From Nitrospira sp. (GTDB lineage Bacteria; Nitrospirota; Nitrospiria; Nitrospirales; Nitrospiraceae): a stretch of 62,688 nucleotides of DNA. This document shows, in pieces, positions 1 through 5,723 of the stretch. The notes beneath the pieces were generated by a model. That model ran no database searches and was not told the DNA's origin. It saw nothing but the letters and a program-made list of their open reading frames with translations. The translations under genes were made by a program, and so were the position numbers. Location: NCBI GenBank assembly GCA_031405355.1, contig JANNIV010000266.1, positions 1 through 62,688 of the forward strand, given 5' to 3'. The first letter of the stretch is position 1, and every line of letters begins with the position of its first letter.

Positions 1-19
1 AGTACTTGAGGTTGATCAT
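1..19 (-). CDS. 5' end of a HicB-like antitoxin gene (partial, runs off the window)
   Basis: A minus-strand ATG at 19-17 lies 1 nt after the hicA stop (TAA c ATG ATC AAC CTC AAG TAC = MINLKY...). This is the usual hicA-hicB tandem layout. Only 6 codons are visible. Confidence 0.25.
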
Positions 20-20
20 G

Positions 21-218
21 TTACTCCTCCCGATGCTTGAACCCAGCTGCGCTAAGGATTGCGTGACAAGTCCCGGTCGGCACTTCCCTTGAGCCATGAT
101 AATCAATACGGACCAGACGTTCTATCCCGGGCTTGCCATAATAACGAATGGAGCCCTTTTCCTTGATGAGTGTAAACCCATTGTGTTCCAACATCCTTAC
201 CAGCTCAGAGAACTTCAC
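21..218 (-). CDS. hicA: HicA-family type II toxin (small mRNA interferase)
   Basis: 65-aa ORF MKFSELVRMLEHNGFTLIKEKGSIRYYGKPG...IDYHGSREVPTGTCHAILSAAG. Size and the HG-x-x-E-x-P-x-GT motif are typical of HicA/YcfA toxins. Confidence 0.8.
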   Translation of the reverse strand: MKFSELVRMLEHNGFTLIKEKGSIRYYGKPGIERLVRIDYHGSREVPTGTCHAILSAAGFKHREE

Positions 219-318
219 GAAGAACCTTGGCTCGGTGTTTGGTGGTAACGCGCATCATTCAGAATCTTTCAACGAGTCAACGCATTATGTTCTTCGATCC
301 AAAACCTGTCAATCCGAG

Positions 319-464
319 AGATAGAAGAAGGGGTTCAGGCTGAAGTGGGTAGGCTGAAGTCCGAAGGGATTCAGGCTGAAGGCCGGAGTTCGTGATTCAA
401 AGTTCCGGATACTTCAGCCTTAACCCCTTCAGCCTGTGCCCCTAGTCCCCAACCTATCTACCTG
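319..464. repeat. Mosaic hairpin element, GGCTGAAGG/CCTTCAGCC family, copy 1
   Basis: The left half carries AGGCTGAAG three times (337-345, 351-359, 373-381). The right half carries CTTCAGCCT twice (412-420, 427-435) around a CCGGA...TCCGG centre. It starts with AGAAGAAGGGGTTCAG (323-338, the same 16-mer as 1392-1407). It ends with CCTATCTACCT (453-463), a terminal motif shared with 1562-1572, 5136-5146, 5628-5638 and 7256-7266. Confidence 0.8.
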
Positions 465-557
465 CGGCATCCTACAAATAGAAAGCCTAACCCCAATGGG
501 GGATTTTATGTATTGACCATGCCCTGTAGCATGCGAACTACGAGGCTCTACACAGGG

Positions 558-733
558 TCTAGGTAGAAGGTAACGACTCAGGGGCGCAGGCGAAGACTAG
601 GGGTACAGGCTGAAGGCTGACGGAAGGTCTGTCTGGTCTATTTGGTTTGTTTGGTTTATTTGGTTGAACCAGATAGACCAGATGACCAGACAGACGAGAC
701 AGACCTGCTTTCATGCTGAATCCCTTCAGCCTG
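558..733. repeat. Mosaic hairpin element, copy 2 (GGCTGAAGG-type arms enclosing a 9-bp array)
   Basis: GACTAGGGGTACAGGCTGAAGG (593-614) is the inverted partner of CCTTCAGCCTGTGCCCCTAGTC (426-447). The right end is CCCTTCAGCCT (721-731). The reverse complement of 615-712 matches 5525-5622 at 97 of 98 positions (hand alignment). Confidence 0.85.
626..705. repeat. 9-bp-periodic palindromic array (5 + 4 units)
   Basis: GGTCTGTCT GGTCTATTT GGTTTGTTT GGTTTATTT GGTTGAACC | AGATAGACC AGATGACC AGACAGACG AGACAGACC. The right units are the reverse-complement type of the left units. One unit is 8 nt. Confidence 0.9.
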
Positions 734-764
734 TATTTCGTAGCACTGTATGATGCGAATACAC

Positions 765-1427
765 ATGTCACGATATGCATTGCTGGTGGCTCTGTTGGTG
801 ATGCTCTGTGCCACGGAGACCATGGCCTATACGATTGGATTCGATGGCCTGACCAGATCTAATCTGAGTACGTTCACTGGTTCATACGAAGAAGATGGTT
901 ACACCGTCGAAGCGACAAAGGGTCAATGGTTCGAAGCACATATCTTCGGCAGTTCTATTCCCGCTATTGGCTCCGGCCCACTCTATAGCTCAGATCTAGG
1001 TATGTCGCAGGTTACCATAACCGAGGGCGGGGAGCGGTTCATATTCCAGGGCGTTGACCTTACAAGCAACAGCGCCCTCGGAACCACATACACGATTCAA
1101 GGCTTCCTAGCGACAAGTGGCGAAAATCCGATTTTCACAATACCTGTTGAGGTTGAGGCAATTAATCGCTTCGAGTCGAAACTGTTCAGCAATTTAGAAT
1201 CTGTGGACAAGCTGACCATCACCGGAACTCGCGGCAGGGGTGTCACCTCATTCAATATCGACAACATCCGAGTCGGGCATTACATAGACCCAGGCTCATG
1301 TCCAGGTTCCGATCCCAATTGTCCAGCTGTCCCCGAGCCAGCGTCCATCATGCTCCTCGGCGTTGGTCTGGCTGGGGTTGAGGTCTGGAGAAGAAGAAGG
1401 GGTTCAGTCCGAAGGGGTGAAGGCTGA
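765..1427 (+). CDS. Secreted protein with C-terminal PEP-CTERM sorting signal
   Basis: Signal peptide MSRYALLVALLVMLCATETMA (ATG 765; the ORF opens at 750). The C-terminus VPEPASIMLLGVGLAGVEVWRRRR has the PEP motif, a TM helix and an Arg cluster. The last 12 codons and the stop lie inside repeat copy 3. Confidence 0.85.
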   Translation: MSRYALLVALLVMLCATETMAYTIGFDGLTRSNLSTFTGSYEEDGYTVEATKGQWFEAHIFGSSIPAIGSGPLYSSDLGMSQVTITEGGERFIFQGVDLTSNSALGTTYTIQGFLATSGENPIFTIPVEVEAINRFESKLFSNLESVDKLTITGTRGRGVTSFNIDNIRVGHYIDPGSCPGSDPNCPAVPEPASIMLLGVGLAGVEVWRRRRGSVRRGEG

Positions 1428-1572
1428 GGAAGATAGGCTGAAGGGGGAAGTCGGATTAGCGGAATGGGCGACGGTTCGAGGTCCGAAGTTCGAGGTTCTA
1501 GATTTCAGGAACTTCGAACCGGGAACTTCGAACCCCTAGCCCCCAGCCTGAACCCCTTCAGCCTATCCACCT
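1392..1572. repeat. Mosaic hairpin element, copy 3 (overlaps the 3' end of the PEP-CTERM gene)
   Basis: The left end is AGAAGAAGGGGTTCAG. The 23-mer GGCTGAGGAAGATAGGCTGAAGG (1422-1444) is identical to 5056-5078. The core is GGTTCGAGGTCCGAAGTTCGAGGTTC ... GAACTTCGAACC twice (1509-1520, 1523-1534). The right end is CCCTTCAGCCTATCCACCT. Confidence 0.85.
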
Positions 1573-1634
1573 GAACCCCTGTGAGGAAACAGAAATCTCT
1601 ATGTCGAATCTGAACCAGGCCGTAGCATGAATCT

Positions 1635-1769
1635 GGTCTGTTCGGTCTATCTGGTCTATCTGGTCTCTCTGGTTCATCCGGTCAGTCAGGGTTAACCAAA
1701 CGCACGAGACAGACCCGACAGACCAAACAGACCGAACAGACCGAACAGACCAGATAAACGAGACAGATT
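1635..1769. repeat. 9-bp-periodic palindromic array (7 + 8 units, no phase slip)
   Basis: GGTCTGTTC GGTCTATCT GGTCTATCT GGTCTCTCT GGTTCATCC GGTCAGTCA GGGTTAACC | AAACGCACG AGACAGACC CGACAGACC AAACAGACC GAACAGACC GAACAGACC AGATAAACG AGACAGATT. The array ends 17 nt before the ATG at 1787. Confidence 0.9.
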
Positions 1770-1786
1770 ATCCTGCAAGGAGTTTT

Positions 1787-4078
1787 ATGGTGATGAACCG
1801 CTATTGGCCTATTTCAGCCCTTGTGCTTCCGCTGCTGTTGATGGCCGTGAGCGGGTGCACGAAGGAAACAGCAGCGACGAAGGCGGCTCATCACAAGGAG
1901 CGAGCGATTGCCTATTTCGACAAGGGCGAATATCGCGAGGCGATCGTCGAACTGAAGAACGTCGTGCAAATCGCTCCGGACGATCATGACGCTCATTATC
2001 GGATGGCGCTGTCCCACCTGAAGCTGGGAACGGTCCCGGATCTTCAGCAATCGTTTAAGGAATTGTCCGCTACTGTCGAGTTGAACGCCGGGAATCAGGA
2101 CGCGCAGTTGAAGCTCGGACAGCTTCTGCTTCTGGCCAAGGAACCGGCAAAAGCCCGCGCGCATGCCGAGATCGTCCTGACCTCGGCGCCGGATAGCAAA
2201 GAGGGTGTGATCCTTCGCGGGGCAAGCTTGCTGAACGAAGGAAAAATCCAAGAAGGCATCGCAGAACTGAAGCGGGCGATCGTGCTGGATCCCCAGAACG
2301 TCAACCTCTACATCGATCTGGCCCGGGCCTACGTGCACATCAAAGATTATGGCTCGGCTGAATCGGTGTTGCAGCAGGCGTTGCAGGCCAATCCCCAATC
2401 GATCGAGGCGCGGTTCGCCCTCGGCGATCTCCATCTCATCAACAGGAAAGCCGACCTTGCCGAAGCCGAATACAAGCGCGCGCTCAGCGATGCGCCGGAT
2501 CGGCCGGAACCTCGCGTCAAGCTGGCCGGCTTCTATGCGTCGGTCAATCGCCTTGCCGATGCCGAAGCGACCTACTCAGCCTGGGTCCAATCTAAGCCGC
2601 AAGACGATGCTCCCTTGCTGGCCTTGGGGGATTTCTATCGAGCCACAGACCAACTCGACAAAGCCGCAGCTACGTATCAAAACGCGCTTGCCGTCAATCC
2701 GAAATCGACGGCCTCGCGGGATCGGCAGATTGCCGTACTCATCGCCAGCCACAAGCTCGATGAAGCAGAGCGACAGACCACCGCCATTCTGCAAGCGAAC
2801 AGCAAGGACTCCAGTGGCCGTCTCTTCGAGGCTCAGCTCAAGCTGGCCCGTGGACAGGTCGACAATGCCTTGCCTCTGCTTCAAGCCTTGAGTCAGGAGG
2901 AACCCCGCTCACCGGCCCCGCATCATTTCTTGGGCGTGGTCTATGCGAAGAAGGGCGATCTTCCCCAAGCCGTTCAGGAACTCAAAACGGTCATCGATCT
3001 GGCGCCGAATGCGATCGAATCGCATGCAGTTCTGGCCTCCGTCTATCTCACCCAAGGATCGGCAGACCTTGCCCTCGAACAAGCGCAGGCCGTGCTGCGC
3101 CTCAATCCCCGGAGCGTCCAGGCTGCCACGATCATGGGAGAGTCCTATCTGCGGAAAAACGATACGGCAAAGGCCGGCCAGGTCTTTGAATCGATCATCA
3201 AGGTCTCGCCGAACCATGAGATCGCGCATCACCGGCTGGGATTGATTGCGCGCTCCAACAAGAACCCTGTCGAGGCCCTGGCGCATTTCGAACAGGCGCT
3301 CAAGGCGAAGCCGGATTTCATTGAGCCGCTCGCACAGATTGCCACCATCAAGGCCAGCCAGGGCAAATTGGCCGAGGCGCGTGATCGCATCAAGCAACAT
3401 CGCGAGTTGGTCCCCAAGAACCCGCTGGTCTATAACCTGCTGGGCCAACTGTTCACTGCGACCAAGGAGTATGACCAGGCGGAGGCTTCGTTCAAGCAGG
3501 CGATCGCGCTGAATGACGCGATCCTTGAGTCCTATACCGGCCTTGCAGGACTGTACTTGCAGACGAAACGATTGGACGAGGCGATCCGGGAATATGAAAC
3601 CGCCCTGGCGAAAAATCCCAAGCTGGCCCCGGCCCATATGATGATCGGCATGATTCACGAGTCGCGCCAGCAGTATGATCAGGCGCAGGCACGTTATCAG
3701 GAGGCGGTCCGCATCAATCCACGGTTCGCTCCGGCAGCCAACAACTTGGCCTGGCTCATGGTCGAGCGCGGGGGGAACGTCGATGTCGCCTTGGGGTACG
3801 CGCAGACGGCGAGGGAGGTGACGCCGACCGATCCAAACGTTGCGGACACACTTGGGTGGATCTATTACCAGAAGAAGGTCTATCTAAAAGCGGTCTCCCT
3901 CCTGAAGGAAGCAGCCGATCAACTCCATGAGAATCCGGTGATCTTGTACCACTACGGCATGGCTCAGTATAAAAACGAAAATAAACCTGAAGCCCGCAAA
4001 GCTCTAGAGAAGTCGCTACAACTCAACGCGAACCATCCTGGCGCATCCGAAGCGAAGGCGACGTTGGCGGAGCTTTGA
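1787..4078 (+). CDS. TPR-repeat lipoprotein, PEP-CTERM-system PrsT-like
   Basis: 763 aa. Lipoprotein signal with lipobox LLLMAVSGC. The rest is wall-to-wall TPR units (repeated A..Y..AL.L.P motifs). It sits next to PEP-CTERM substrate genes, as in PEP-CTERM/exosortase loci. Confidence 0.85.
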   Translation: MVMNRYWPISALVLPLLLMAVSGCTKETAATKAAHHKERAIAYFDKGEYREAIVELKNVVQIAPDDHDAHYRMALSHLKLGTVPDLQQSFKELSATVELNAGNQDAQLKLGQLLLLAKEPAKARAHAEIVLTSAPDSKEGVILRGASLLNEGKIQEGIAELKRAIVLDPQNVNLYIDLARAYVHIKDYGSAESVLQQALQANPQSIEARFALGDLHLINRKADLAEAEYKRALSDAPDRPEPRVKLAGFYASVNRLADAEATYSAWVQSKPQDDAPLLALGDFYRATDQLDKAAATYQNALAVNPKSTASRDRQIAVLIASHKLDEAERQTTAILQANSKDSSGRLFEAQLKLARGQVDNALPLLQALSQEEPRSPAPHHFLGVVYAKKGDLPQAVQELKTVIDLAPNAIESHAVLASVYLTQGSADLALEQAQAVLRLNPRSVQAATIMGESYLRKNDTAKAGQVFESIIKVSPNHEIAHHRLGLIARSNKNPVEALAHFEQALKAKPDFIEPLAQIATIKASQGKLAEARDRIKQHRELVPKNPLVYNLLGQLFTATKEYDQAEASFKQAIALNDAILESYTGLAGLYLQTKRLDEAIREYETALAKNPKLAPAHMMIGMIHESRQQYDQAQARYQEAVRINPRFAPAANNLAWLMVERGGNVDVALGYAQTAREVTPTDPNVADTLGWIYYQKKVYLKAVSLLKEAADQLHENPVILYHYGMAQYKNENKPEARKALEKSLQLNANHPGASEAKATLAEL

Positions 4079-4080
4079 AA

Positions 4081-4166
4081 CAGGCTGAAGGGGTAAAGGC
4101 TGAAGTTCTTGGTTCGATGTTCTGGGTTCGAAGTTCCTGAAACCTCGAACTTCGAACCTCGAACCG
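4081..4166. repeat. Mosaic hairpin element, copy 4 (starts 3 nt after the TPR gene stop)
   Basis: CAGGCTGAAGGGGTAAAGGCTGAAG is followed by a perfect 12-bp stem, GGTTCGAAGTTC (4125-4136) / GAACTTCGAACC (4147-4158), with a 10-nt loop. No right-hand CTTCAGCCT arm is present. Confidence 0.75.
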
Positions 4167-4300
4167 GCGCCCGCCCCTGCGCCCCGCGCTGCCCCCGTCA
4201 AATTTCTTTACACCCCTCTTTTAGCCTCGCCCGTTTCGTAACTACTTAATATTCCAGGCAATCACAAAGACCTGTGCGAATCAGTCATAGAGTGAGGCCA

Positions 4301-4337
4301 AGATCTCTGTATAGATTTTTTACAGAGTTTGGATCTC
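4301..4337. promoter_or_regulatory. Imperfect palindrome, candidate enhancer (UAS) for the downstream sigma-54 promoter
   Basis: AGATCTCTGTA-TAGATTTTT-TACAGAG-TTTGGATCT. The inner 7-bp arms CTCTGTA/TACAGAG and outer AGATC/GATCT arms surround an A/T-rich core. It lies about 75-110 bp upstream of the -24/-12 element at 4409-4424. Confidence 0.3.
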
Positions 4338-4407
4338 AGAACAACTCTGACTCGTATGAGAAATTACAACTGCTTGATAATACTACGTAGCGTAGGATGG
4401 AAAGGAT

Positions 4408-4425
4408 CTGGCACAGAGTCTGCTT
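4408..4425 (+). promoter_or_regulatory. Sigma-54 (RpoN) -24/-12 promoter candidate
   Basis: CTGGCAC-AGAGT-CTGCTT matches the consensus TGGCAC-N5-TTGCW. GG is at 4410-4411 and GC at 4422-4423, exactly 12 nt apart. It lies about 95 nt upstream of the ATG at 4518. Confidence 0.5.
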
Positions 4426-4517
4426 AGGGGTTACGTAGTGATACGTGACGAAGCTGTCCATCCTGTTCTGGCGCCGTGACGGGTTTCGCAACGCAGACGC
4501 TTTTAGAAGTGAGAATC

Positions 4518-5075
4518 ATGAAACGGTATCTGTGGCTTGTCGGTCCATTGGTAATGCTTTGGGGTGCTGAGGCAAGGGCGTCGAACATCGAATTCGAAAC
4601 CCATCACAATTCAAAGACAGACGGAGCCTATACTTCGTCCAACCAAGACGATTTCATCGGCAATTGGCCCCAAGGTACATGGCCTTTTGCAGGAAGTCCC
4701 ACCGATACGACGCGCCATATGTATTTCGCCGGCGCAACTGGGCAGTCGCAGGATGCCGAGGAACACCGCACCCACGAGAGGGATAAATTCAAAGATTTCG
4801 AATACAAGGACCGTGGTCGCAATGGGGATGACGATGACAAGTACAAGGTAAAAGGCGACTATCAGTATTCCAAGCACGATCGGGATTCTGGTCGGGATTA
4901 TGACCGGGACGATAAGAAGGACTATGATCGCGATAAGGATTACCCTAAACATCACGATAAATATCCTAAAGATCACCATGAGTATCAAAAAGTTCCCGAG
5001 CCAGCATCCCTCTTGCTCCTCGGCGCCGGGTTGGCTGGAATCGGGATCTGGAGGAGGCTGAGGAAGATAGGCTGA
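4518..5075 (+). CDS. Secreted, highly charged low-complexity protein with PEP-CTERM sorting signal
   Basis: Signal peptide MKRYLWLVGPLVMLWGAEARA (ATG 4518; the ORF opens with GTG 4476). The D/K/R/Y/H-rich body reads ...DRDSGRDYDRDDKKDYDRDKDYPKHHDKYPKDHHEYQK. The C-terminus VPEPASLLLLGAGLAGIGIWRRLRK is a PEP-CTERM signal. Confidence 0.85.
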   Translation: MKRYLWLVGPLVMLWGAEARASNIEFETHHNSKTDGAYTSSNQDDFIGNWPQGTWPFAGSPTDTTRHMYFAGATGQSQDAEEHRTHERDKFKDFEYKDRGRNGDDDDKYKVKGDYQYSKHDRDSGRDYDRDDKKDYDRDKDYPKHHDKYPKDHHEYQKVPEPASLLLLGAGLAGIGIWRRLRKIG

Positions 5076-5146
5076 AGGTTTCGGAACTTCGACCTCCAAC
5101 CTCCAACCTCCAACCTTCAGCCTGAATCCCTTCGGCCTATCTACCT
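5055..5146. repeat. Mosaic hairpin element, copy 5 (overlaps the 3' end of the second PEP-CTERM gene)
   Basis: Contains GGCTGAGGAAGATAGGCTGAAGG (5056-5078), GGAACTTCGACC, the heptamer CTCCAAC three times (5094-5114) and CTTCAGCCTGAATCCCTTCGGCCTATCTACCT. Confidence 0.85.
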
Positions 5147-5166
5147 AAATAGCTACCTTCACGCAG

Positions 5167-5203
5167 CGCCAGTCCTCGCAAGGGGGCTGGCTTTTTGTAT
5201 TTT
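5167..5203 (+). terminator. Rho-independent terminator candidate
   Basis: GCCAGTCC-TCGCAAGG-GGGCTGGC stem-loop followed by TTTTTGTATTTT. It lies downstream of the PEP-CTERM gene and repeat copy 5. Confidence 0.6.
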
Positions 5204-5267
5204 GAGCCGAGGGGGACTGGCTCCGGCTGAGAAGGGGGACAGTCCCGGTGCGGGACAGTCCCCGCCG

Positions 5268-5477
5268 GTGCCTGCAATTCGGCTCACTGCTGAGCGCTGG
5301 ACGCACATCACTGAAGAACACTGTGAATTGGCCGGACTGCGTGCAGATGTACTAGAGACGGTGCTGCGACCAGAGCGTATCCTCCTCGGAGGAGATGAGG
5401 AACTGATCGCGCTCCGTGAATTGGAACAAGGGAAACATCTCGTGGTCGTGTATCGGGAACGGACCGAATCACCCTAA
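5268..5477 (+). CDS. Small conserved hypothetical protein, possibly 3'-truncated
   Basis: GTG 5268 gives (M)PAIRLTAERWTHITEEHCELAGLRADVLETVLRPERILLGGDEELIALRELEQGKHLVVVYRE... I recall this small-protein family normally continuing past the VVVYRE block. Here the frame stops about 25 nt before repeat copy 6. Confidence 0.4.
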   Translation: MPAIRLTAERWTHITEEHCELAGLRADVLETVLRPERILLGGDEELIALRELEQGKHLVVVYRERTESP

Positions 5478-5502
5478 CTACTTCTCGGTTCAACCTCAGA
5501 CG

Positions 5503-5638
5503 GTAGGCTGAAGGGGTTCAGGCCGAAAGCAGGTCTGTCTCGTCTGTCTGGTCATCGGGTCTATCTGGTTCAACCAAATAAACCAAACAAACCAAATAGA
5601 CCAGACAGACCTTCCGTCAGCCTTCAGCCTATCTACCT
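5503..5638. repeat. Mosaic hairpin element, copy 6 (inverted near-identical twin of copy 2)
   Basis: GTAGGCTGAAGGGGTTCAGGCCGAAAGCA + 9-bp array + TTCCGTCAGCCTTCAGCCTATCTACCT. Matches the reverse complement of 615-712 at 97/98 positions. Confidence 0.9.
5532..5611. repeat. 9-bp-periodic palindromic array (5 + 4 units)
   Basis: GGTCTGTCT CGTCTGTCT GGTCATCG GGTCTATCT GGTTCAACC | AAATAAACC AAACAAACC AAATAGACC AGACAGACC. Confidence 0.9.
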
Positions 5639-5723
5639 AGTCGCCGGAGCGCCGAATTCACTCGATTTCGTTGACGGAAACAGCAGGTTCTGCCATCCTG
5701 GCACAAACCGCTGGGGAGGCATC

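Noticed and set aside
739-756. TAGCAC-TGTAT-GATGC upstream of or overlapping the first PEP-CTERM gene, as a sigma-54 promoter
   Set aside because: The invariant -24 GG is AG, and the -12 region lacks TTGC. It also overlaps the possible start codon at 750.
559-780. 73-aa minus-strand ORF (…VQPNKPNKPNRPDRPS…), and the N-terminal part of ORF 60982..61620 (…NETNQMNQINQTNQIDQT…)
   Set aside because: These are translations of the 9-bp repeat arrays and mosaic arms. They show low-complexity tripeptide periodicity, no RBS and no conservation between copies.
1626-1694. Coding reading of the 9-bp array: a 22-aa ORF MNLVCSVYLVYLVSLVHPVSQG, or the Gly-X-Y-like frame GLFGLSGLSGLSGSSGQSGLT
   Set aside because: The ATG and reading frame are not conserved in the other three arrays. 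Stops interrupt the frames. No RBS is present. The 9-nt period mimics tripeptide repeats by construction.
1635-1769. CRISPR array hypothesis for the short direct repeats (also 626-705, 5532-5611, 61001-61096)
   Set aside because: The units are only 9 bp and directly abut each other with no spacers. The two halves are inverted relative to each other. No cas genes are present.
4125-4158. tRNA-like GGTTCGAA (T-loop-like) strings in the mosaic repeats
   Set aside because: No acceptor, anticodon or D-arm context is present. The strings are halves of the GGTTCGAAGTTC/GAACTTCGAACC hairpin module.
5671-5699. Sigma-70 promoter TTGACG-17 nt-CATCCT upstream of the dehydrogenase gene
   Set aside because: The -10 hexamer matches TATAAT at only 2 of 6 positions, which is too weak to report as a feature.
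5698-5713. Sigma-54-like TGGCAC-AAACC-GCTGG just upstream of the dehydrogenase gene
   Set aside because: The GC of the putative -12 element is 10 nt, not 12 nt, from the GG. The motif also sits only about 10 nt before the ATG, leaving no room for a leader or RBS.
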